A stretch of DNA of 34,043 nucleotides from a virus (taxonomy: Duplodnaviria; Caudoviricetes), in the IMG/VR virus record IMGVR_UViG_3300049171_000185, positions 1 to 34,043 of that record. The stretch is one strand, 5' to 3'. The stretch's first letter is position 1; each line of letters begins with the position of its first letter. The position numbers and the translations under genes are program-made. Below the pieces are notes generated by a model. It was not told where the DNA came from, did no database searches, and saw only the letters and a program-made list of their open reading frames with translations. Shown in pieces: positions 26,276 to 34,043 of the stretch.

Positions 26276-27151
26276 ATGGCCAACAACGCCGTCGCCACCA
26301 TCGACCCTTCCGCGATCATCACCCCGGCCGGCTTCGGCGAATCGGTCGAGCTGATCCGCCAGACCTACGCCAAGGACCTCAATGCCGAGGAACTCTCGCT
26401 GTTCATGGCCGACGCCCATCACCGGGGCCTGTCGATCGTCAAGCGCCAGATCTATGCCGCGAAATACAACGGCAAGATGACGATCATGGTCGGCATCGAC
26501 GGCTACCGCAGCCAGGCCGAGTCCCATCCGGAGTACGCCGGCCAGGAGGGCCCCTTCTACTGTGGCCCCGACGGCCAGTGGACCGAGACCTGGCTCGGCG
26601 AGGGGCCACCCGCCGCCGCCAAGGTCGGGATCTACCGCAAGGGCTTCGTCCATCCGATCACCGAGGTCGCGCTCTGGTCCGAATACAACAACGCCAGCAA
26701 CGCCATGTGGAAGAGGTTCCCCACGGTGATGCTCGCCAAGTGTGCCGAGGCGCGTGCTATCCGCAAGGCGTTCCCGGCCCAGCTGGGCGGGACCTACATC
26801 GCCGAGGAGATGGACCAGTCGCGGCGCGATGCGGTCGAGACCACCGGTACAGTGCGGACCAGCCAGTCGCGCAACCAGCCCCGGCCGATGACCGCCACGG
26901 CGACCGTCGAGGATCCGGAACGTGACCAGGTCAAGCGCTCGCTCTGGCACGTCGCCAACAAGACCTACGGCTGGGACCAGGAGACGCTCGACCTGGTGTC
27001 GGTTGAGGAAACCGGCAAGCACCTGGTCGATCACGATGCCCAGGGCCTGAAGGACCTGATGGTCACCTTGAGCACCAAGACGCCGGACGCCCTCCAGCAG
27101 CTGGTTGACCGGGCGACCGCGATCGAGTCCCCAACCCTGGCAGGCATGTAG
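26276..27151 (+). CDS. bet: Phage recombination protein Bet/RecT-family single-strand annealing protein
   Basis: RQIY, VGIDGYRSQA, PAAAKVGIYRKG, W..FP.VMLAKCAEARAIRKAFP...G.YI.EEM. Confidence 0.92.
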   Translation: MANNAVATIDPSAIITPAGFGESVELIRQTYAKDLNAEELSLFMADAHHRGLSIVKRQIYAAKYNGKMTIMVGIDGYRSQAESHPEYAGQEGPFYCGPDGQWTETWLGEGPPAAAKVGIYRKGFVHPITEVALWSEYNNASNAMWKRFPTVMLAKCAEARAIRKAFPAQLGGTYIAEEMDQSRRDAVETTGTVRTSQSRNQPRPMTATATVEDPERDQVKRSLWHVANKTYGWDQETLDLVSVEETGKHLVDHDAQGLKDLMVTLSTKTPDALQQLVDRATAIESPTLAGM

Positions 27152-27153
27152 CC

Positions 27154-28797
27154 ATGGGTGCCTCGATCCAGCTGCGTCCCTACCAGGAGGACGCTGTCGA
27201 CGCGGCGTTCGCTGCCTACGCCGGCGGCATGAAGCGCCCCGGCCTCGCGCTCCCGACCGGCGGCGGCAAGACGCTCGTCTTTGCCGAGATCATCCGGCGC
27301 TCCAACGAACGGGCATTGGTAATCGCCCACCGGAAGGAACTCATCGACCAGGCGGTGCAGAAGATCAGCTTCATCGGCATCGACCCGTTCGACATCGGCG
27401 TGGTGATGGCCGGCCGCAACGAGGCTGACCGTCCCATCGTCGTCGCCAGCATCCAGACCATCGCCAATCCGCGCCGCCTGGCCCAGCTGGGCCGCTTCGG
27501 TCTGGTCGTGATCGATGAAGCGCACCACAGCCCAAGCCCGACCTACGTCACCGCGACCCGCCAGCTTGGCATGGGCAAGGACTTGCCGACCAAGGGGCTC
27601 GGCGTCACGGCCACCTGGGACCGGGCCGACGGCGTCGGTCTCGAAGCGGTCTGGGAGCAGATCGTCTACCAGGAGTCGATCGAGAACCTGATCGCCGCCG
27701 GCTATCTCTCCGACGTCCGAGCCCTGACGATCGAAACGCACCTCGACACCTCCACGATCGGGACGCATCACGGCGAGTACGACATGGGCGAGGTCGAGCG
27801 CCGGATCGTCAACAGCGACTACGCCGATACGCTCGCTCATGCGGTTCGCGAGCATGCCTTCGACCGCACGTCGCTGGTGTTTGCCCCCAACGTCGCCACC
27901 GCGTTCGTCTATCGCGATGCCCTGCGCGAGTTCGGCATCACCGCCGAAGTCGTGTCGGGCAAGACGCCGGCCGACGAGCGTGAAGCGACCCTCAGACGCT
28001 TCCAGAACGGCCGGCTCAAGGCGATCGTCAACTGCGGGGTGTACACCGAAGGGACCGACATTCCCCGCGTGGACACCGTGGTCATGGGGCGACCAACCAG
28101 GAGCCGTGCCCTGTACCAGCAGATGGCTGGCCGTGGCCTGCGGCTGTTCCCGGGGAAGGAGTCGTGCCTGGTGATCGACCTGGTCGGCGTCACCCAGGAC
28201 CACAAGCTGCAGCGGGCAGCCAGCCTGATCGGCCGCACGATGCGTAAGGGTACCCGCGAGGTCGACAGCTTCCGGGAGTGGATCTCCGGAGAGGCGAGCC
28301 ACGACGAACCGGGTTCGACCACGATCACGGTCAAGGGCGCGCTTGGCCAGACGTTCCGGCAGAGCGCCAGAGCCGTGGACCTGATCGACCGGACCAAGAT
28401 GGCGTGGACCCAGGTGGAGCTCGATGCCTTCAGCCTGCCAATCGACCAGGGCAGCGTCGTGATCACGGCGCAAGCAGATGGGACCTGGAATGTCGTCCAG
28501 TTCGGCCGCGACAACAACACCGTCGAGCTCGCTCGGGGGCTGGACATCGGGTACGCGCAGGGTGTCGCCGAGCAGCGGGTCCATGAGGTCGAGGCCAAGG
28601 TCTTGGCCAACCCGAACGCCCGCTGGCGTTCCCAGCCGGCGACCGAGAACCAGATCGCCGCGCTGATCCGCATGCGGATCCAGCACAAGCCGGGAATCAC
28701 CAAGGGCGAGGCGTCCGACCTGATGGACGCCCGGATCAACCGGGGCAAGCTCCGCCAGTACCGGAAGGAGGCCCAGCTTGACCGCGCCGCGTCCTAA
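27154..28797 (+). CDS. SF2 DEAD/DEAH-box helicase
   Basis: LRPYQ, PTGGGKT, DEAHH, TAT, TEGTDIP, QMAGRGLR motifs. Confidence 0.95.
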   Translation: MGASIQLRPYQEDAVDAAFAAYAGGMKRPGLALPTGGGKTLVFAEIIRRSNERALVIAHRKELIDQAVQKISFIGIDPFDIGVVMAGRNEADRPIVVASIQTIANPRRLAQLGRFGLVVIDEAHHSPSPTYVTATRQLGMGKDLPTKGLGVTATWDRADGVGLEAVWEQIVYQESIENLIAAGYLSDVRALTIETHLDTSTIGTHHGEYDMGEVERRIVNSDYADTLAHAVREHAFDRTSLVFAPNVATAFVYRDALREFGITAEVVSGKTPADEREATLRRFQNGRLKAIVNCGVYTEGTDIPRVDTVVMGRPTRSRALYQQMAGRGLRLFPGKESCLVIDLVGVTQDHKLQRAASLIGRTMRKGTREVDSFREWISGEASHDEPGSTTITVKGALGQTFRQSARAVDLIDRTKMAWTQVELDAFSLPIDQGSVVITAQADGTWNVVQFGRDNNTVELARGLDIGYAQGVAEQRVHEVEAKVLANPNARWRSQPATENQIAALIRMRIQHKPGITKGEASDLMDARINRGKLRQYRKEAQLDRAAS

Positions 28798-28801
28798 CCC
28801 A

Positions 28802-29269
28802 ATGAAAGCAATCACTCTGCATCAACCGTGGGCGACCCTGATCGCGCTGGGAGAGAAGCGGATCGAGACGCGGAGCTGGCCCACCAACTACCGAGGTCCG
28901 ATCGCGATCCATGCGGCGAAGACGATGCCCGCCTATGCGCGGGAGTTCTGTGGCCAGCGGGAGACCGTCGAGTTGTTGGAGCACTACGGCCTGGAGGCGG
29001 AGGGATTGCCGTTGGGGGCCGTGTTGGCCACCGCCAAACTGGTGGACTGCGTGAAGTTCAGCAGTGCTACGGGCCGGCTGGTGCGGGATCGTGGCGTCAT
29101 CACCAACGTGCGAACCGTGGTCGCGTACTCGGTGGGTCCGGATGAGCACCTGTATGGCGACTTCTCCGAGGGCCGGTTCGGGTTCGTCCTGGAGGATATG
29201 ACTCCCCTCCCAGAGCCGATCCCGGCCCGCGGATTCCAGGGTCTCTGGGACTGGGACGGTGCCCGATGA
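28802..29269 (+). CDS. ASCH-domain protein
   Basis: MKAITLHQPWATLIALGEKRIETRSW...RGPIAIHA...PIPARGFQGLW. Confidence 0.92.
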   Translation: MKAITLHQPWATLIALGEKRIETRSWPTNYRGPIAIHAAKTMPAYAREFCGQRETVELLEHYGLEAEGLPLGAVLATAKLVDCVKFSSATGRLVRDRGVITNVRTVVAYSVGPDEHLYGDFSEGRFGFVLEDMTPLPEPIPARGFQGLWDWDGAR

Positions 29270-29448
29270 CCGACCTGCGCCACCAACCCCAGACCGTCCA
29301 GACCCTGGAGCAACGCCTCTCCGATGGGTACGAGCGCATCGAGCAGGCCCGCTCCCGTGGTGAGGACATCACCGCCTGGGAAGAGTTCTGGATCGACCTC
29401 CTGGACCAGTACGAGGAACTCTGTAACCAGGAAGGAAGGCTCTCATGA
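29266..29448 (+). CDS. Hypothetical protein
   Basis: 60 aa with ATGA overlaps at both ends. Confidence 0.75.
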   Translation: MTDLRHQPQTVQTLEQRLSDGYERIEQARSRGEDITAWEEFWIDLLDQYEELCNQEGRLS

Positions 29449-29687
29449 AGTCCACCTGCAAGGGTTGCGGCGCTTCCATCATGTGGCGCCGGACACCCGC
29501 CGGCGCATCGATGCCGCTTGATGAGACCTATACCAAGGCCCCAATCACCGCCACGGGCACCTACGTCCTCACCTCGAACGATGGCTGCATGCCGTTCGAC
29601 ATCGATACCCACGGGCCGAAGGCGTTCCGCTACATGAACCACTGGGCGACGTGTTCAACGCCCAATGCATTCCGGAGCAAACCATGA
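29445..29687 (+). CDS. Small zinc-binding phage protein
   Basis: CKGCGA.I.W...MPLD...HWATC. Confidence 0.8.
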   Translation: MKSTCKGCGASIMWRRTPAGASMPLDETYTKAPITATGTYVLTSNDGCMPFDIDTHGPKAFRYMNHWATCSTPNAFRSKP

Positions 29688-30628
29688 TGACCGACCAGAT
29701 GACGCTGGCCGAACGGCTGGCGTTCCACAAGAAGGCGTTCGCGCCCGTCAATCGCGACCTGGAGCACGGCATCGCCCACCACATGCAGATCGCTCGCTTC
29801 AGCCAGAAGGAGCACATCAAGCGGTACCACGTCCAAGTGGCACGGATCCAGAATCGCTGGCTGCTCTCCAACCGCCGCTGCCTGCGGAACATGGGCCAGG
29901 AGCAACCGCGCACCATTCCGAAGCGCAAGCCCTACGTGCCGAAGCGGCCAGGCGAGACTGGATATGCAGAGAAGGCCCAACCACATGCGCTGACACCCCT
30001 CGCCGTGGCGGTTGCGGCCCCAGAATATGCGCCCGAACCGCTCGGCGACATCGAAATCCCGAAGGCGCTCTCCCTGGTCATGTTTCATGTTCCCGGCGAG
30101 CCTGCCCCAACCCGGTGCAATGCCATCGTGGACTTTGACTCGGTCGTGGTACGACGGGATGGTGAGCAGCTCACCGGTATCACCGTGACCATCAAGCGGG
30201 GCAACGATGTGTACCCGGGCATCGAGTACGGGTATGGCGAAGGGCAGTGGTGCTGGTGGCGGGAGTGGTTCTGCCGCAAGCTCGCCCACGATCGCGCGAT
30301 CGCGCCCACACCCACGCCGCTGATGCTCAAGGAATACGCCCTCGACCTGGTGCGCGGGGCCGTCAATGCCGGCGTCGATCCCGTCGAACGGTTCGCGAAT
30401 GGCGGTGGCAGCGGTCCGGCCAGGGACGGAAAGCCAGCCTACGGGTATGGAGGTGGGATCCACGACGACCGAGGGAACTTCGTTCGCTTACCACGACGCG
30501 GAGAGTTGGTCGTCGAACTCGGAGAGCGCGGAGTCAATCGTATCCAGGGCGTGTTCAAGATCGCAGAGCTGGTCCGGGAAGTCCGCAGCGGTGCCGTGCA
30601 ACTCGACATGTTCGGCGGTGCGCTGTGA
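29684..30628 (+). CDS. Hypothetical protein ending in QLDMF
   Basis: 314 aa from ATG 29684; overlaps both neighbours by 4 nt. Confidence 0.65.
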   Translation: MMTDQMTLAERLAFHKKAFAPVNRDLEHGIAHHMQIARFSQKEHIKRYHVQVARIQNRWLLSNRRCLRNMGQEQPRTIPKRKPYVPKRPGETGYAEKAQPHALTPLAVAVAAPEYAPEPLGDIEIPKALSLVMFHVPGEPAPTRCNAIVDFDSVVVRRDGEQLTGITVTIKRGNDVYPGIEYGYGEGQWCWWREWFCRKLAHDRAIAPTPTPLMLKEYALDLVRGAVNAGVDPVERFANGGGSGPARDGKPAYGYGGGIHDDRGNFVRLPRRGELVVELGERGVNRIQGVFKIAELVREVRSGAVQLDMFGGAL

Positions 30629-31470
30629 GCCAGGCAGTCGAAACGGCGCGACTGGCGCCCATCCTTCGCTACGCCGGCGGAAAGCACAAGCTCGCGCCGT
30701 GGATCATCTCGCACATGCCGGCGCACCGCGCCTACGTCGAGCCATTCTGCGGGTCGTGCGCCGTGCTGCTCGCCAAGCGGCCAGTGAGTCACGAGATGAT
30801 CAACGACCGAAACGGCGACGTCGTCAATCTCTTCCGTGTGGTGCGGGAGCAGCCGGAGGCACTGTGCGCCGCTATCTCGCTGACACCCTACGCCCGCGAC
30901 GAGTTCCGGGCATCCCACGAAATCCCTGACGATGCCGATCCAGTTGAGCGGGCACGACTCTTCCTCGTTCGCGTGTGGTTCGCCCATGGCGGAAAACTTG
31001 GCACCGCAGCCGGTTGGCGGATGGGGCGCGTAGCCCGCAAGCCCTCGGATAGCATGCCCGCCGCCTGGGACAGGCTACCCGACCGAGTCTGGGAGGTCGT
31101 TGGCAGGCTCAAGCAGGTCCACATTGAGAACCGGGACTTCCGCGAGGTGCTCCCCATGTACCTGCGATCAGAGGCATTGATCTACGCGGACCCGCCCTAT
31201 GTGCGGTCGACGCTTGGCTCCGACCGCCACTACACCGTCGACATGACCGACGCCGACCACCTGGAGCTGCTGGACCTGCTTGACGCCCATCCCGGCCCAG
31301 TCCTGCTATCTGGATACTCCTCGCCTCTCTACGACGACCGTCTGGCGCACTGGACGCGCCTCGATGTGCAGGTCAACGCCTACCGGTCGAGCCTTCGCAC
31401 CGAATCGCTTTGGCTCAACGCCGTGGCCACGAGCGGCCGGCGGCAACTTCGCCTGGAGGGGCATTCATGA
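30625..31470 (+). CDS. Dam-family (D12 class) N6-adenine DNA methyltransferase
   Basis: Start GTG 30625; [34 protein letters not shown]. Confidence 0.93.
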   Translation: MSQAVETARLAPILRYAGGKHKLAPWIISHMPAHRAYVEPFCGSCAVLLAKRPVSHEMINDRNGDVVNLFRVVREQPEALCAAISLTPYARDEFRASHEIPDDADPVERARLFLVRVWFAHGGKLGTAAGWRMGRVARKPSDSMPAAWDRLPDRVWEVVGRLKQVHIENRDFREVLPMYLRSEALIYADPPYVRSTLGSDRHYTVDMTDADHLELLDLLDAHPGPVLLSGYSSPLYDDRLAHWTRLDVQVNAYRSSLRTESLWLNAVATSGRRQLRLEGHS

Positions 31471-32096
31471 GCACCCAGCCACACCAGTACCCCTTCCAGA
31501 AACTTGCCCCCCACACCCTACCCTACACCCGGGCACGAGTCACGAACGGCAAGCTGGAAATCCAGTTCGATCGGGACGCGTACGCCCGTGATCTCCAGCT
31601 CATGTCAAGCCTCGACCTCCTCGACAAGCTGGAACATCTCCGGCTCCTGGCCGTCGAATACGCCGATCATCCCAGCGATAGCCGCAAGGTGGCAGAGATG
31701 AAGATTCGCAAGCTCCTGGCCGAATGCGCGCGGCGCCAGCGCTTGATCGCCACCGGCGACGAGCTCGCGCCGCGCTGGCCCAGCAAACGACCGGACCTCA
31801 CCGAGCGGATCGCCGCGGTCAAGGCGGCGCTGCCGATCGACCGGCTCGCGGCCGAAGCCTTCGGCGTGATCCTCCAGCGCACCAGCAACAGCCAGAAGGT
31901 CAAGGGGCTGTGCCCGATCCATGAGGAAAAGACGCCCAGCTTCTACCTCGACCTGCAGAAGAACTCTTTCCACTGCTTCGGTTGCGGGGCCGGCGGCGAC
32001 GTCCTCGACCTCGCCGGCATCAAGTGGGAGATGGACCGCACGATCGACCAACTGCAGATGCTCGAACGTTTCGCCGGAATCGAGGCGGCGCGGTGA
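31467..32096 (+). CDS. CHC2 zinc-finger (DnaG zinc-binding domain) protein without TOPRIM domain
   Basis: [11 protein letters not shown]...[15 protein letters not shown] near C-terminus; 209 aa from ATG 31467. Confidence 0.88.
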   Translation: MSTQPHQYPFQKLAPHTLPYTRARVTNGKLEIQFDRDAYARDLQLMSSLDLLDKLEHLRLLAVEYADHPSDSRKVAEMKIRKLLAECARRQRLIATGDELAPRWPSKRPDLTERIAAVKAALPIDRLAAEAFGVILQRTSNSQKVKGLCPIHEEKTPSFYLDLQKNSFHCFGCGAGGDVLDLAGIKWEMDRTIDQLQMLERFAGIEAAR

Positions 32097-33712
32097 CCAG
32101 GGACCTTGGCGATCAACTCGACGGACTCGACGACATCCTGGCCGAGCACGGCGGGGACATCGACGAGCCCACCGTTCCCCGGACCAGCGTCAAGGATGAC
32201 CCGCGCCACCGGCACCGGATCAACGTCAACGAAAGTGACCTGAAAATGCTGACATCCCGAGCGTGGACCGCCCTCAACTTCTTCAACGACCCGCCGTACC
32301 TCTTCGCCAACGGCAACACGCCGGTCCGGATCATCGGCGGCAAACACGATCTGCCGGTGATCTCCGAGGATCTCTCGGTCGATACGATGAGCCGAGAGTC
32401 AGCCAATACCGCCTACTGGATGAAGTATCTGGACAAGACGAAGCTCCAGATGGTGCCGCAGTTCCCGCCCGAGCGGGTCATGCGGAACATGCTCGCGGAT
32501 CCCGAGCCGCCATTGCCGCAACTCAAGCGCATCACCGCCGCGCCGGTGTTCGGTCCCAACGGCGAGCTCGAAACCGCCGACGGCTACCACGCCTCGACCG
32601 GCCACTACTTCGCGGCCCGTGGCCTTCAGGTCCGGGAGGTCAACCGCAACCCTTCGACCCACGAAGTCGAGGATGCACTCACCCTCATCCTCGACGAGTT
32701 TCTGATCGATTTCCCCTTCGTCGGCCGATCCGAGACCGCCCACTCCCTGAGCCTGATGCTCAACCCGTTCGTCCGCGACATGATCGACGGCCCAACGCCT
32801 CTTTACCTGATCGAGTCGCCGACCGCCGGCACCGGCAAGGGGCTTCTGGCCCGGATGTGCATCTACCCGGCTCTGGGCGGCGAGCCAACGATGATGACCC
32901 AGGCGGACAACGCCGAGGAAGAGCGCAAGCGCATCACTGGCACCCTGGTTGGACTCCCGGAAGCGATCCTCCTCGACAACATCGCCGAGGGGCTCGACTC
33001 CCACAACCTCGCCGCCGCCCTCACTACCCGTGAATGGTCGGACCGCATCCTGGGCCGCTCGGTGACGCGCACGATCCCGGTCCGCAACACCTGGATGGCC
33101 ACGGGCAACAACCCGAGCAAATCCAGCGAGATCGCGCGCCGCACGATCCGGATCCGGCTGGACGCCAAGACCGAACGCCCCGAGGAACGGCGGGGATTCC
33201 GGCACGAGAACATCGAGGCGTGGGCACGAGCGAACCGCGGCGATCTGGTCCACGCGCTGCTGACGATCGTCCAGAGCTGGATCGCCGCCGGCAAGCCGAA
33301 GGGCAACCACGCGATCGGGTCCTACGACTCGTGGGCGGCGGTCCATGGCGGGATCCTCCAGCACATCAACGTCAACGGGTTTCTGGAGAACCGCACCGAG
33401 GACCGGGCGATCACGGTTTCGGACGACTCCGCCTGGACCGAGTTCGTCGAGCAGTGGTGGGTCCAGTACCACGGGGCGCCGGTGGGGGTCGCGGACCTGT
33501 TCAGGATCGCGAACGACATCGAGACCTTCCCCCTCGGCAAGTCACCGACGCCACGCGGCCAGAAGACCGCCTTCGGGATAGCCCTCACCCGCAATCGCAA
33601 CCGGGTCTTCAACGGCCGCGAGATCGAGTTCGTTCGCTCCGAGCGCAACGTCGCCAAGTACCGCCTGAAGGTCACCGCGTCGGACGAGCCCGACGATATC
33701 CCGGACTTCTAG
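32093..33712 (+). CDS. P-loop ATPase, putative replicative helicase of phage/plasmid primase-associated type
   Basis: Start GTG 32093; Walker A PTAGTGKG, Walker B LLDNI, RILG, ATGNN, IARRT. Confidence 0.8.
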   Translation: MTRDLGDQLDGLDDILAEHGGDIDEPTVPRTSVKDDPRHRHRINVNESDLKMLTSRAWTALNFFNDPPYLFANGNTPVRIIGGKHDLPVISEDLSVDTMSRESANTAYWMKYLDKTKLQMVPQFPPERVMRNMLADPEPPLPQLKRITAAPVFGPNGELETADGYHASTGHYFAARGLQVREVNRNPSTHEVEDALTLILDEFLIDFPFVGRSETAHSLSLMLNPFVRDMIDGPTPLYLIESPTAGTGKGLLARMCIYPALGGEPTMMTQADNAEEERKRITGTLVGLPEAILLDNIAEGLDSHNLAAALTTREWSDRILGRSVTRTIPVRNTWMATGNNPSKSSEIARRTIRIRLDAKTERPEERRGFRHENIEAWARANRGDLVHALLTIVQSWIAAGKPKGNHAIGSYDSWAAVHGGILQHINVNGFLENRTEDRAITVSDDSAWTEFVEQWWVQYHGAPVGVADLFRIANDIETFPLGKSPTPRGQKTAFGIALTRNRNRVFNGREIEFVRSERNVAKYRLKVTASDEPDDIPDF

Positions 33713-33714
33713 CC

Positions 33715-33936
33715 ATGGCCAGCCACAAGCACCGCAAGCAGCCCGGCACCGGACCACCGACCTGGCGCTGCAAGGAATGCGGAAAGGTCGCCTACGCCAC
33801 CTGGTCCCATGCGAATTGGGACGCCCGGAACCAGCGCAACCGGTACCGCCGGCGGCGTCGCGAGCGGCCCTACTGGTCCCGAGATTGCCACGCGTTCCAT
33901 GTCGGTTCGAGAAACCCACGAAAGGCAACACCATGA
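33715..33936 (+). CDS. Small basic zinc-finger-like protein
   Basis: 73 aa; CKECGKVAYAT...RPYW..DCHAFH. Confidence 0.65.
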   Translation: MASHKHRKQPGTGPPTWRCKECGKVAYATWSHANWDARNQRNRYRRRRRERPYWSRDCHAFHVGSRNPRKATP

Positions 33937-34043
33937 GCGATACCACGAACGTGCCGTACGACCAGATTGACCAGGAGCTGCTGGATTGCTTCAAGGCGGA
34001 AGCGAACGAATGGGCAGCCGACAACGGATATCTCGTGCTCGAT
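33933..34043 (+). CDS. Hypothetical protein, truncated by window end
   Basis: ATG 33933 with GAAAGG RBS and ATGA overlap; open to the end of the window (MSDTTNVPYDQIDQELL...). Confidence 0.6.
   Translation, partial: MSDTTNVPYDQIDQELLDCFKAEANEWAADNGYLVLD

Larger units (their letters stand above)
1..34043. mobile_element. Temperate siphovirus-like phage/prophage (partial genome)
   Basis: Packaging, head, tail, cI/cro switch and replication genes fill the whole window; no host genes seen. Confidence 0.95.

Noticed and set aside
27031-28815. 594-aa minus-strand ORF
   Set aside because: Antisense shadow of the SF2 helicase gene

Overview
A 34-kb segment of a high-GC temperate siphovirus-like phage or prophage with two divergent arms. 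The left arm (1-20720, minus strand) is a near-complete morphogenesis module: terS, terL, portal, minor head, protease/scaffold, DUF2190-like decoration, Mu gpT-like capsid, head-tail joining genes, tail tube, tail chaperones joined by a GGGAAAA -1 frameshift, tape measure, tail tip proteins and a beta-helix tailspike. An antisense secreted SnoaL-like moron sits inside the tail operon. The right arm (24106-34043, plus strand) is the early module: cro, xis-like HTH, DUF6011, Bet/RecT, SF2 helicase, ASCH, Dam-family methylase, a stand-alone CHC2 zinc-finger protein and a P-loop helicase-like ATPase. Between the arms lie a GAGGTCCAC iteron array (candidate origin or packaging site), a promoter overlapped by a perfect GAAC-N4-GTTC LexA box in front of two unknown genes, a HEPN (RxxxxH) protein downstream of the repressor, and a repressor with no autocleavage domain. 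The leading candidates for new biology are a LexA-controlled antirepressor-like cassette and a replication module with no visible primase catalytic domain whose proteins end in SSB-tail-like and clamp-binding-like motifs. No integrase or lysis genes are visible. The host is probably Actinomycetota or Chloroflexota (inference only). All product calls come from motif recognition and gene order; no database search was run.
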